Assembly: GCA_034428715.1 (NCBI GenBank)
Contig: DAOUHE010000022.1
Coordinates: 15,290 to 79,289, forward strand
Origin: Dehalococcoidia bacterium
GTDB taxonomy: Bacteria > Chloroflexota > Dehalococcoidia > Lucifugimonadales > UBA3495
Direction: 5' to 3'
DNA length: 64,000 nucleotides
Shown here one piece after another: positions 9,631 to 17,989 of the stretch. A program made the position numbers and the translations under genes. The notes beneath the pieces were generated by a model. That model had not been told where the DNA came from, searched no databases, and saw only the letters and a program-made list of their open reading frames with translations. Each line of letters begins with the position of its first letter. The stretch's first letter is position 1.

Positions 9631-10086
9631 ATGCAAGAACCAGAGAGGATCCAGCCCCAAAAACTAGGTGGCTATTTAGAGATAATGACCAAGGCTGTTT
9701 TCCAGAGCGGAATCTCCTGGAAGGTGGTCGGGTCCAAGTGGCCGGGAATAAAGGAAGCTTTCAAGGATTTTGACGCGGAGACCGTCGCCGGATTCTCGGA
9801 GCCTGAGCTGGACACGTTGACCCAAGACAACCGGGTGATCAGGAACCGCCGCAAATTGGAAGCGATCGTGTTTAACGCCCAACGAATGATCGAGCTTAAT
9901 GAGCAGCACGGCGGATTTCAGAAATACCTCCGTTTCCACCCTGACTTCCGTTCCACAGTTGAGGACATTCGTAAGCAATTTAAGTTCATGGGCGATACTG
10001 GAACTTTTTATTTTCTGCGGGTAGTCAGCGAGGAAGTCCCTTCCCACGACGAGTGGGTCGAGTCACGGATGGATCGGCCCAGATAG
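9631..10086 (+). CDS. DNA-3-methyladenine glycosylase I-like (Tag family) protein, short form
   Basis: ATG at 9631 follows GAGGGAG. The 151-aa product carries the Tag-like core (QSGISWKVV..W..KEAF..FD, IRNRRKLEAIVFNA, KFMGDTG). The upstream part of the 238-aa ORF overlaps the HEPN gene and is discounted. Confidence 0.65.
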   Translation: MQEPERIQPQKLGGYLEIMTKAVFQSGISWKVVGSKWPGIKEAFKDFDAETVAGFSEPELDTLTQDNRVIRNRRKLEAIVFNAQRMIELNEQHGGFQKYLRFHPDFRSTVEDIRKQFKFMGDTGTFYFLRVVSEEVPSHDEWVESRMDRPR

Positions 10087-10168
10087 GGTTGTTGTTGCCG
10101 CCTGGCGTCTCCGTTGCCGATTTCCGGTATCGCGGTATCAACGGCCTACTACTTAGGTTTGGCCTCTG

Positions 10169-10954
10169 TCACACCCGTGGGTGTTCAGCGCCAGGTGTGA
10201 CACCAAATTCATCATCCCACCATGATTCCTGCTCTGCTCCGATAGCGCGTTGAAAATCCTCCCAATCCGCCTGCGCGACATTGGTTTCCCAACCGTCAAA
10301 ATGCAGCAGATCGCTGACCGGCAGGCGGTCGCGCCAGCCCGCCGTCTGCAGCGTTGGCTGGCCGGGGAATTCCACGGGGTACCCAAGGCAAAGATAAGCC
10401 ACTGGTATCACATGGTGAGGCACACCGAGGATCTTTCTTAACTGGGGCATTTTTAGCACGCTGACCCAACCCACGCCGACACCCTCGGAACGGGCTGCCA
10501 GCCACAGGTTTTGCACGGCGCAGCAGGTGGAGTAAACATCGGTCTCCTGGATCGAATTGCGCCCCAGCACCTCTCCGGCTCTGGTTGGGTCGCAGGTGAT
10601 ACACACGTTGACCGGAGATTCCAGGATGCCTTCCAGCTTGAGGGATAGGTATTGGGTGCGGCGCGGCTCGTCGAAATAGCAAGACGCCGCCTGCCGCTCC
10701 CGTTCAAACAATTCCTTGATCTGCCCGCGTACGTCCAAATCGCGGATCAATATCAGGTCCCAGGGCTGCATGAACCCCACCGAAGGCCCTTGATGGGCCG
10801 CCTGGATTATCCGTGCTAGCACTGGGTCTGGGATAGGGTCGTTACGAAAGTGCCTGATGTCGCGCCGGGTGTAGATAGCCCGGTATAAGCCTCGGCGCTC
10901 CTCAGGAGGGAACACATCCGGCATGCTGGACAGATCAGGTTCATTCAATGTCAT
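10169..10954 (-). CDS. bluB: 5,6-dimethylbenzimidazole synthase
   Basis: 261 aa. Nitroreductase-fold BluB-like N-terminus (RRGLYRAIYTRRDIRHF .. PSVGFMQPW). Sits directly downstream of a cobalamin riboswitch. Confidence 0.85.
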   Translation of the reverse strand: MTLNEPDLSSMPDVFPPEERRGLYRAIYTRRDIRHFRNDPIPDPVLARIIQAAHQGPSVGFMQPWDLILIRDLDVRGQIKELFERERQAASCYFDEPRRTQYLSLKLEGILESPVNVCITCDPTRAGEVLGRNSIQETDVYSTCCAVQNLWLAARSEGVGVGWVSVLKMPQLRKILGVPHHVIPVAYLCLGYPVEFPGQPTLQTAGWRDRLPVSDLLHFDGWETNVAQADWEDFQRAIGAEQESWWDDEFGVTPGAEHPRV

Positions 10955-11033
10955 ATCTTAAAACTCCTGGAGTTATTCTCCCAGAGATGATCTACGGGAA
11001 TGGGTTTGGGAAATAAATCGGCCCTTCGCCGCT

Positions 11034-11070
11034 TGAAATAAAAAACCCCCGCCCTTTCGCGGGGCGGAGG
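11034..11070 (-). terminator. intrinsic terminator (riboswitch expression platform)
   Basis: On the minus strand, CCTCCGCCC-cgcgaaa-GGGCGGGGG forms a 9-bp stem (one G-U pair) followed by TTTTTTATTT. It lies about 80 nt upstream of the bluB start. Confidence 0.8.
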
Positions 11071-11296
11071 GAATCGCGTCAGCCAACCCCCGCTTGATCC
11101 ACGAAGCGGTTGATCCAGTGCGGCAGGTCTCCTGACTGATGGATCATCGCCTTCCCGCGCCTTCCCGCCCCTTTAAGGGCAGTGACTGCTTTGACGCTTG
11201 CTGAAAGGCTCTCCAATTACAGTGGCGGGCCCGTGCCGGAGTCTCACCGGCTTCCCTATTCTCCCCGATGAATCGGGGCACCGCACGCTATTCTGT
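11034..11296 (-). promoter_or_regulatory. cobalamin (B12) riboswitch
   Basis: Minus strand carries AATAGGGAAGCCGGTGAGACTCCGGCACGGGCCCGCCACTG and the B12 box AGTCAGGAGACCTGCC, followed by a terminator hairpin and then bluB. Confidence 0.85.
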
Positions 11297-11307
11297 TTCC
11301 GTCAATG

Positions 11308-11336
11308 AGAATAGGCGATGCAGAGGGCGAAGTCAA
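11308..11336 (-). promoter_or_regulatory. putative sigma-70 promoter of the riboswitch-bluB transcript
   Basis: Minus strand reads TTGACT-N17-TATTCT immediately upstream of the riboswitch 5' end. Confidence 0.45.
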
Positions 11337-11462
11337 TCAACGCGGGGATAGTATGTGGATCATGCGGCCGAAAAGTGCTGGCACGGGATAATAACTCCGC
11401 CACAAAATTAAGGTCTTTATTCCCCGATAAGCCCGGGGTCAATCTTAACGTAAGCTTCCTGG

Positions 11463-11471
11463 TGATAGAAT
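11463..11471 (+). promoter_or_regulatory. putative extended -10 element (TGaTAGAAT)
   Basis: TGATAGAAT lies about 50 nt upstream of the DUF4258 gene start. The same TGnTAGAAT form recurs upstream of coaE, ribD and selA. Confidence 0.4.
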
Positions 11472-11522
11472 GTTAAAACCAACAGCGCATTCACAGCAAA
11501 CAGAGGTTGTCTCAAACCGCCG

Positions 11523-11837
11523 GTGCTTTCTGAGATCAAATCAAGGGTGGCAGTTGGTGATTATCGTTTTACCATACACGCAGCAGCGCGAATGACCGGC
11601 AGGCACATACCAGTTCTGGACGTCGCAATAGCTTTGACTGGCGACTGGGCAGAGATGATTGAAGATTATCCTGACGACCCCAGAGGTCCTAGCTGTCTCA
11701 TTCTTGGTTTTACCGCCAGGGGGCAACCATTGCATATCCAGTGTACCTATCCTCCGCAAATTGCCATTATCACGGCATATGAACCTGATCCTCAAGAATG
11801 GCGCCAATGGAGAATACGGTTGGAGGACCCAGCATGA
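11523..11837 (+). CDS. DUF4258 domain protein (putative toxin)
   Basis: 104 aa with a GTG start. The H-A-x2-R-M-x2-R-x-I segment (IHAAARMTGRHI) is typical of DUF4258. ATGA overlap with the downstream zinc-finger gene. Confidence 0.6.
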   Translation: MLSEIKSRVAVGDYRFTIHAAARMTGRHIPVLDVAIALTGDWAEMIEDYPDDPRGPSCLILGFTARGQPLHIQCTYPPQIAIITAYEPDPQEWRQWRIRLEDPA

Positions 11838-12070
11838 CAAAATGTCCGCTCTGCGGGGGGAAATTAGTAAATAAAATGGTTACCCATCCTCAAGAGTATA
11901 AAGGGGAAATCGTCATTCTAGAAAACGTTCCAGCGGAAGTGTGCCGGCAGTGCGGCGAGGTGCTCTTGCGCCCAGAGGTACTGGAGCAAGTGCAAAAAAT
12001 TGTGTGGGAGAGGAAAGCCCCGCAACGCACCGCCCACGTTCCAGTATACGATCTTGCTGAATTGACTTAA
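11834..12070 (+). CDS. YgiT/MqsA-type zinc-finger protein (putative antitoxin)
   Basis: 78 aa from the ATG at 11834. CPLCGG...CRQCGE four-cysteine finger with the MqsA N-domain layout. Translationally coupled to the upstream gene. Confidence 0.6.
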   Translation: MTKCPLCGGKLVNKMVTHPQEYKGEIVILENVPAEVCRQCGEVLLRPEVLEQVQKIVWERKAPQRTAHVPVYDLAELT

Positions 12071-12106
12071 GTATTCACACCGTAACCAAAGAATTGGGTC
12101 ATGCCG

Positions 12107-13258
12107 TCACCCATTCATCCCGACTCCCACCATCATCAGCCTGATGGCCCGCTCCGCCGCTCCTTCTAGCAATTCTTGGGATCTGCTCAAGCTTTGCGCG
12201 AAGTTCATGGGCCGGTCGGCGATAGTCATGATGCTGGCGATGCCGTGTTGGTACAGTTCTTCATAACCGGTGCCCAGGCCGCCGGCCAACAAAATCGTAG
12301 GTACCCCTTTGGCCAGCGCGCGGCGGGCCACTCCGACCGGTGCTTTGTCGTATATCGTGGAGCGGTCTGCCCGGCCTTCTCCGGTGATGACCAGATCAGC
12401 CCCCTCTAGTAGATCGTCGAAGCCCAATACCTCGCACACCATGTCGATCCCCGAACGCAACTCGCCCCCGGCAAAGGCGATCAACCCTGCGCCCAATCCA
12501 CCGGCAGCTCCCGCACCAGGGCGCTCCAATACGTCTTGCCCCAGGTCCCGATTGATTACGGCGGCAAGGTTCAGCAGTGCGGCGTCTAATTCATCAACCA
12601 CCTGGGCGGTAGCCCCTTTTTGAGGACCATAGACCGCCGAAGCCCCGGTGGGACCGCACAGGGGATTGGTCACGTCGGTGGCGCCGACCAAATCGGCGTC
12701 TCGCAGACCGGGATGCAAACCCGACAGATCGATTCGGTCCAACCGGGCCAAGGCGGCTCCTCCCAGGGCCAGATCCTTCCCCTGAGAGTCGAGAAACTTG
12801 ACGCCCAAAGCGCCGGCCATCCCCGCTCCGCCGTCGTTGGTGGCGCTGCCACCCAGGCCCACTATGATGCGCTTGAATCCTTTCTCCAGGGCTTCCTTGA
12901 TGATTTCCCCGGTGCCCCAAGTGGTGGTGGTTCTCGGATCCCTTCGCTCGACGGGAATCAGGGCCAAACCAGATGGGCGAGCCATCTCTATCACCGCTGT
13001 CTCGCCGTCGCCCATGACACCCCAGGCGGCTTCCAATGGCAGTCCCAGGGGACCTTGGACCTGGCTGTTGAATATCTCCCCGCCGGTGGCATCCACCAAG
13101 GCGTGAAGGGTGCCATCGCCGCCGTCGGCTACCGGCACCAGGACCGTCTGGGCTTCCGGCAGCGCAGTATTCACCCCTCGTTGGATGGCCAAGGCAGCCT
13201 CCAACCCGGAGATGCCTCCTTTGAAACCCTGGGGAGCGATTATCACCTTCATATTCAT
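12107..13258 (-). CDS. glycerate kinase
   Basis: 383 aa. N-terminus MKVIIAPQGFKGGISGLEAA and an internal GGSATNDGGAG motif, both typical of the glycerate kinase family. Confidence 0.85.
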   Translation of the reverse strand: MNMKVIIAPQGFKGGISGLEAALAIQRGVNTALPEAQTVLVPVADGGDGTLHALVDATGGEIFNSQVQGPLGLPLEAAWGVMGDGETAVIEMARPSGLALIPVERRDPRTTTTWGTGEIIKEALEKGFKRIIVGLGGSATNDGGAGMAGALGVKFLDSQGKDLALGGAALARLDRIDLSGLHPGLRDADLVGATDVTNPLCGPTGASAVYGPQKGATAQVVDELDAALLNLAAVINRDLGQDVLERPGAGAAGGLGAGLIAFAGGELRSGIDMVCEVLGFDDLLEGADLVITGEGRADRSTIYDKAPVGVARRALAKGVPTILLAGGLGTGYEELYQHGIASIMTIADRPMNFAQSLSRSQELLEGAAERAIRLMMVGVGMNG

Positions 13259-13324
13259 AGCCCAGTTGTTACTGACACCTGCGTTCGTTGCTAAACGTGA
13301 CGATAGCCACCCTCCGCGGGCTAA

Positions 13325-13364
13325 ATCCCCCCAACCCCCCTTTGCAAAGGGGGGTTGGGGGGAT
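13325..13364. repeat. perfect 40-nt GC-rich palindrome (copy 2 of the CCCTTTGCAAAGGGG element)
   Basis: ATCCCCCCAACCCCCCTTTGCAAAGGGGGGTTGGGGGGAT is self-complementary. It lies in the divergent intergenic region between glycerate kinase and the first M20 gene. Confidence 0.85.
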
Positions 13365-13511
13365 TTCTATCCTCACCTGGTTCCTAGTGACGTTCAGCAA
13401 TCAACGCAAGGCTCGGTAAGTATTTAATAGGTGATTATACAAGATAGCCGATTCTACCCATTCCGCCATCCCTCTGCTAGAATCGGGGCAGCCGCATCCA
13501 GGGGGTTGAGC

Positions 13512-14843
13512 ATGCCATCCAGAGAGGAATTAAAAGGGCTGGTGTTCCAAGAGATCGACGCCAGAGCCGAAGAGATAGTCGAGATCGCCAAAACGATCTT
13601 GAAACACCCCGAACCGGGCTTTCGAGAGACCAAAACCTCTCGCCTGGTGTCCAGCAAATTCGCTGAACTCGGCATCGCCGCGCGGTCGGGTTTGGCCATG
13701 ACCGGCGTCCGGGGGGAACTCTTGGGCGGGACAGAGGGCCCTACCCTGGCCATCCTGGGCGAGCTTGACTCATTGATCGTGCAGGAGCACCCCCACGCCG
13801 ATTCCGAAACCGGCGCCGCCCATGCCTGCGGCCACCACTGTCAGATAGCCATGCTCATGGGCGCCACCATGGGATTGATGTCGTCCAAGGTGTTGCCCGA
13901 ATTGAGTGGCCGGCTGGTGCTGATGGCCGTCCCCGCGGAAGAGTACATAGAGATCGAATACCGTGACTCATTGCGCCGGGCGGGGAAGATAGAGTTCCTC
14001 GGCGGCAAGCCGGAGATGATCCGGCTGGGCGAGTTTGACGACGTTCACCTGGCCATGATGCTCCACACCACCAGTAATCCCGACGAGAAGCAGATCGCCA
14101 TCAGCGGCACCAACAACGGCACCGTGGTCAAGAAGATTCATTTTGCCGGCAAGGGCTCCCATGCCGGCGGCGCACCCCACCTAGGGATCAACGCCCTCAA
14201 CGCCGCCACCCTGGCCATCAGCGCCATCCATTTCAACCGCGAAACCTTCCGAGACGAAGACACCGTGAGGGTTCACCCAATCATCACCAAGGGAGGAGAG
14301 GCAGTCAGTGCCGTTCCCGCCGACGTGAGGATGGAAACCTTCGTGCGGGCCCGAACCTTGGAAGCTCTTACCGGCGCCAACCAAAAGGTGGACCGGGCGC
14401 TCAGGGCCGGGGCCATGGCTGTGGGGGCAAACGTCACCATCCAAACCATGCCCGGTTATATGCCCCTGGACCAAGACCGGGACATGGCATCGGTCTTTGA
14501 ACAAAACGCCGAAACCCTGGTGGGTAAGGAAAACGTGGGCCATATCACCCACCGGACAGGCTCCACCGACATGGGAGATGTAAGCCAATTGATGCCGGCG
14601 ATCCACCCCTACGTGGGCGGCGCCACCGGACTGGGCCACGGCGCTACCTATGTGATCCAAGACTACCATCTGGCGGTGATCACCGCCGCAAAGGCCCTGG
14701 CGGCCACCGCGGTAGACCTGATGGCCGACAGCGCCCAAAAGGCCGGGTCGATCATCGCCGGGCACCGGCCCAACATGACCAGGGACGAATACCTGAAGTT
14801 CATGCGGGGATTGGCCACGGAAAAAACCTACGAATGCCCATAG
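13512..14843 (+). CDS. M20 family amidohydrolase
   Basis: Internal ATG at 13512 (after AGGGGG) gives 443 aa, matching the paralog length. Metal-binding segment AAHACGHH. The longest ORF starts at 13431. Confidence 0.8.
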   Translation: MPSREELKGLVFQEIDARAEEIVEIAKTILKHPEPGFRETKTSRLVSSKFAELGIAARSGLAMTGVRGELLGGTEGPTLAILGELDSLIVQEHPHADSETGAAHACGHHCQIAMLMGATMGLMSSKVLPELSGRLVLMAVPAEEYIEIEYRDSLRRAGKIEFLGGKPEMIRLGEFDDVHLAMMLHTTSNPDEKQIAISGTNNGTVVKKIHFAGKGSHAGGAPHLGINALNAATLAISAIHFNRETFRDEDTVRVHPIITKGGEAVSAVPADVRMETFVRARTLEALTGANQKVDRALRAGAMAVGANVTIQTMPGYMPLDQDRDMASVFEQNAETLVGKENVGHITHRTGSTDMGDVSQLMPAIHPYVGGATGLGHGATYVIQDYHLAVITAAKALAATAVDLMADSAQKAGSIIAGHRPNMTRDEYLKFMRGLATEKTYECP

Positions 14844-14878
14844 GCGAGAGCAAATAGGCGGGAGCGAAAAACCGCATC

Positions 14879-16225
14879 ATGTTGAACGTAACCGAACTGA
14901 AACAAAAGGCCTGCGAGACCATTGATGCCCACAAGGATGAGTTGATCGGCATCGCCAAAGAGATCTTGGCCAATCCTGAATCCGGATTCAGCGAGCAGAA
15001 AACGGCGCGTTTGGTAGCCAGCAAGTTCGATGAGATGGGCATAGGGAACCAAACGGGCCTGGCATTGACGGGGGTCAAGGGCAGGATCGCCGGCGGCGCC
15101 GGTTCCGGTCCCAGAGTGGCCATCATCGGCGAGCTGGACTCCCTGCTGGTTCAAGAGCACCCCTCGGCGGACCCCGAAACCGGCGCCGCCCACTCCTGCG
15201 GACACCATTGCCAGATCGGCATGATGCTGGGCGCGTCAATGGGGCTGCTCACGCCCGAGGTCTTGGCCCAGCTATCGGGAGAGATCATCCCCTTCGCGGT
15301 GCCCGCCGAAGAGTTCATAGAGGTGGAGCGCCGGCTACTGCTGCGGGAAGAAGGCAAGATAGAGTTCCTTGGCGGCAAGCAGGAGTTGATCCGGTTGGGC
15401 GAATTCGACGATGTGGACCTAGCCATGATGTGCCATACCGCCAGCGACATGGGCGAACGAAAATTCGCCGTGGGCGGCACCAGCAACGGCCACGTGGTCA
15501 AATATGTGCAGTTCACGGGCAGGGGCTCCCATGCGGGCAGCGCGCCCCATATGGGTATAAACGCCCTTAACGCGGCAAGTTTTGCCATTCAAGCGATCCA
15601 CGCCAACCGGGAAACCCACTTGGACGACGATACCGTCAGGGTCCATGGGATCATGACCCGGGGCGGCGAGGCAGTCAGCGCCGTTCCTTCGGACGTTCGC
15701 TTGGAATGGAGAGTTCGCTCGGGCAACCGGGAAGCCGTGGTCAAAAACTCGGACGTCGTGGACCGCTGTTTCAAGGCCGGCGCCCTGGCCGTGGGGGCAT
15801 CGGTAAAGATCACCAACATACCCGGCTACCTGCCCATGCGCCACGACATCAAAATCCAAGACATGTTCCGGCTAAACTCCGCCAATCTGCTGGGAGAAGA
15901 ATCGGTTTTGGTGATCCCCAACCGGCGCAACCGGGGCGGTTCCACCGACATGGGCGACCTGAGCCAGCTTATCCCATCCTGCCATCCCTACACCAGCGGA
16001 GCCGAAGGCCCCGGCCACAGCAAGGATTACATCATCACCAACTACCAAACGGCGGTCATCAACCCGGCCAAAATCATGGCCATGGTCGCCATCGATATGC
16101 TGGCTGAGGGCGCCGTCAAGGGTAAAGAGGTCGTCGAGACCCACCGGCCCGCCATGCGCAAAGAAGCCTACCTAAAATTCCAGCGGGAACGTGCCCAGGT
16201 CTTTGAGTTCGACGGCGCGTCCTGA
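14879..16225 (+). CDS. M20 family amidohydrolase (tandem paralog)
   Basis: 448 aa, colinear with the upstream gene along its whole length (AAHSCGHHCQIGMMLGA etc.). Confidence 0.8.
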   Translation: MLNVTELKQKACETIDAHKDELIGIAKEILANPESGFSEQKTARLVASKFDEMGIGNQTGLALTGVKGRIAGGAGSGPRVAIIGELDSLLVQEHPSADPETGAAHSCGHHCQIGMMLGASMGLLTPEVLAQLSGEIIPFAVPAEEFIEVERRLLLREEGKIEFLGGKQELIRLGEFDDVDLAMMCHTASDMGERKFAVGGTSNGHVVKYVQFTGRGSHAGSAPHMGINALNAASFAIQAIHANRETHLDDDTVRVHGIMTRGGEAVSAVPSDVRLEWRVRSGNREAVVKNSDVVDRCFKAGALAVGASVKITNIPGYLPMRHDIKIQDMFRLNSANLLGEESVLVIPNRRNRGGSTDMGDLSQLIPSCHPYTSGAEGPGHSKDYIITNYQTAVINPAKIMAMVAIDMLAEGAVKGKEVVETHRPAMRKEAYLKFQRERAQVFEFDGAS

Positions 16226-16348
16226 GGGGAGCATCTAGTCCGCAACTCGTTTCACAATAGGCATTCGCCGGCATTGGATGGTACAAGACCGGCGGAAATT
16301 TCCACACTGTTCCTTCCAAGGAAGGAACCGCAAGGAAGCCAAGCCCCG

Positions 16349-16465
16349 CCCAACATGTCACCCCGAGCCCGACGAGGGGTCTAAAATCGTGAGGTCAGGC
16401 TCGCCAACTGGGGCGATACACCAATGAATTTAGATTCTTCGGTCGCTGCGCTCCTCAGAATGACA
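16349..16465 (+). repeat. ~117-nt dispersed intergenic repeat, copy A
   Basis: Aligns end to end with the reverse complement of 56322-56440 (about four-fifths identical by eye). Ends in the module TAGATTCTTCGGTCGCTGCGCTCCTCAGAATGACA, which is also present at 44031-44066. Confidence 0.8.
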
Positions 16466-16501
16466 TTTTTTGGGTTAGGCCCAAGGGGTTGGTCGATCCC
16501 C

Positions 16502-17125
16502 TTAAACCCCAAAGAAGTACATGGCAGTGGCAGCGGCGATGGGCACGGTGATATTGTCGTCCACGGGCAGGGGCGCCAGCTCCGCCAATCCCGCGGCCAC
16601 TGCCCCCGCCATCAAGCCCCAGTGGTAGTCAACCACACCGCTGCCCACCAGCAGGCCCACAACCGCCCACGATACGGCGATGAAAGCCGCGGTTCCTACC
16701 GGAGATTTGCCGAAGATACGGAGGCCGGGCATGCGCCTGCCCACCAACGCCGCCGCCGGGTCTCCCAAGGACATAAATAATAACGCAGCCACCGCCACGG
16801 GCCGGTCGAAAACCAAAAAAACAACCAGTGCGGCGATGGCCATATAGGTAGCGCCGGTGATGCGCCTACCCTCGTCAGATTTCAATAGGGGAGCCAGCCA
16901 GCGAAGAAAGATTCGGTTCAACCCTTCCACCCGGAAGCGGGCGAGGTCCAACCCCAACCCGCCAGCGGCTAGGGCGGCCAACGCCAGAACCATAAGCAAA
17001 TCAGGAACAAAGATACCCGCCACGGGAATGCTTGACCCGGCGGTCAGGTGGAAAAGCCGCCGCCACACCGGAGGGGGCGCCCCATGGATGTCAACACCAA
17101 TGTCAAATCCTGAAACGGCCATCAT
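16502..17125 (-). CDS. polytopic membrane protein, dolichol/polyprenol kinase-CdsA superfamily-like
   Basis: 207 aa with multiple hydrophobic spans. The segment LGDPAAALVGRRMPGLRIFGKSPVGT resembles CTP-dependent polyprenol kinase / cytidylyltransferase family motifs. Confidence 0.5.
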   Translation of the reverse strand: MMAVSGFDIGVDIHGAPPPVWRRLFHLTAGSSIPVAGIFVPDLLMVLALAALAAGGLGLDLARFRVEGLNRIFLRWLAPLLKSDEGRRITGATYMAIAALVVFLVFDRPVAVAALLFMSLGDPAAALVGRRMPGLRIFGKSPVGTAAFIAVSWAVVGLLVGSGVVDYHWGLMAGAVAAGLAELAPLPVDDNITVPIAAATAMYFFGV

Positions 17126-17224
17126 GGGGTTATGTGTTATTGGATATCCACGAAATCGAATCGAGGGCGAGAAATTCGACCGGAAAGCCGGGGGAAGGGA
17201 TGGTCCCGGAGCCGGCGTTTCGGG

Positions 17225-17878
17225 CTAAAACGGGATGGTCAGTGAATCCCCTGCCCTCCATCGTAATGAGCGAATCTCGGTGCCAATGGGGGTCTCGAAT
17301 ACCATCCAACCGTCGATGGCGAATCCCTTATCCAACTTAAAGGAACCTACCAGGAAGCCTTGGCCCGGGGGAGTTCCACCAATGCCTACCTCAATCGTCC
17401 GAACTGACCGGGGGTCCCAGCCGGGAGGGTTGGGAATTTCGGCAGCCTGAGTCTGTTCCGCCAGGTCGGTCAGCGCATCGTTATCAACCCAACCCCAAGA
17501 GCCGTCCACCTTGGCCCAACTTTGACCTTGGCTGGCCACGTCCACCGGGGAATACCTGCCCTGGAAGAAATCATTTAACTCGGCCGCCTGGGCGTTCACG
17601 TCCACGATGTGACTGGTGGCGGTGTGGTTGGCGACCGATAGCCTGACCAACACCAATTCCTGACCATCTTCGGAAGGCAGCAGTCTGTGGTGGTCGATAG
17701 CCCCGTCGGTGCAGGCGTTGGTATAACGAAGTTCGGGCATGCGGTCCATGGCGAACACCGTGACATCCAAGGACCGGCCCCGGTGCGCTCTGCCAAAGCT
17801 TGAAGGAGTGTTGGAACACGCAGCCAGCAATACGGCAACCACCAACGTGGCCAACACTATGGTGAATCTTTTGCTCAT
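17225..17878 (-). CDS. lipoprotein of unknown function
   Basis: 217 aa. Signal peptide with lipobox (VLLAAC-S) and a beta-rich body. Confidence 0.6.
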   Translation of the reverse strand: MSKRFTIVLATLVVAVLLAACSNTPSSFGRAHRGRSLDVTVFAMDRMPELRYTNACTDGAIDHHRLLPSEDGQELVLVRLSVANHTATSHIVDVNAQAAELNDFFQGRYSPVDVASQGQSWAKVDGSWGWVDNDALTDLAEQTQAAEIPNPPGWDPRSVRTIEVGIGGTPPGQGFLVGSFKLDKGFAIDGWMVFETPIGTEIRSLRWRAGDSLTIPF

Positions 17879-17989
17879 AAACTACACCTGACCGAAGGCC
17901 GGCCTCCATGAGCCGCCGATAATATCAGTGATTACGTGATATTGGTGATACGTACCAAGGGGGATCGCGGATGTTAAGAGATAATCATC

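Noticed and set aside
13110-13427. 105-aa plus ORF spanning the glycerate kinase upstream region
   Set aside because: Its only protein-like part (PPFAKGGWGDF) is the translation of the GC-rich palindromic repeat.
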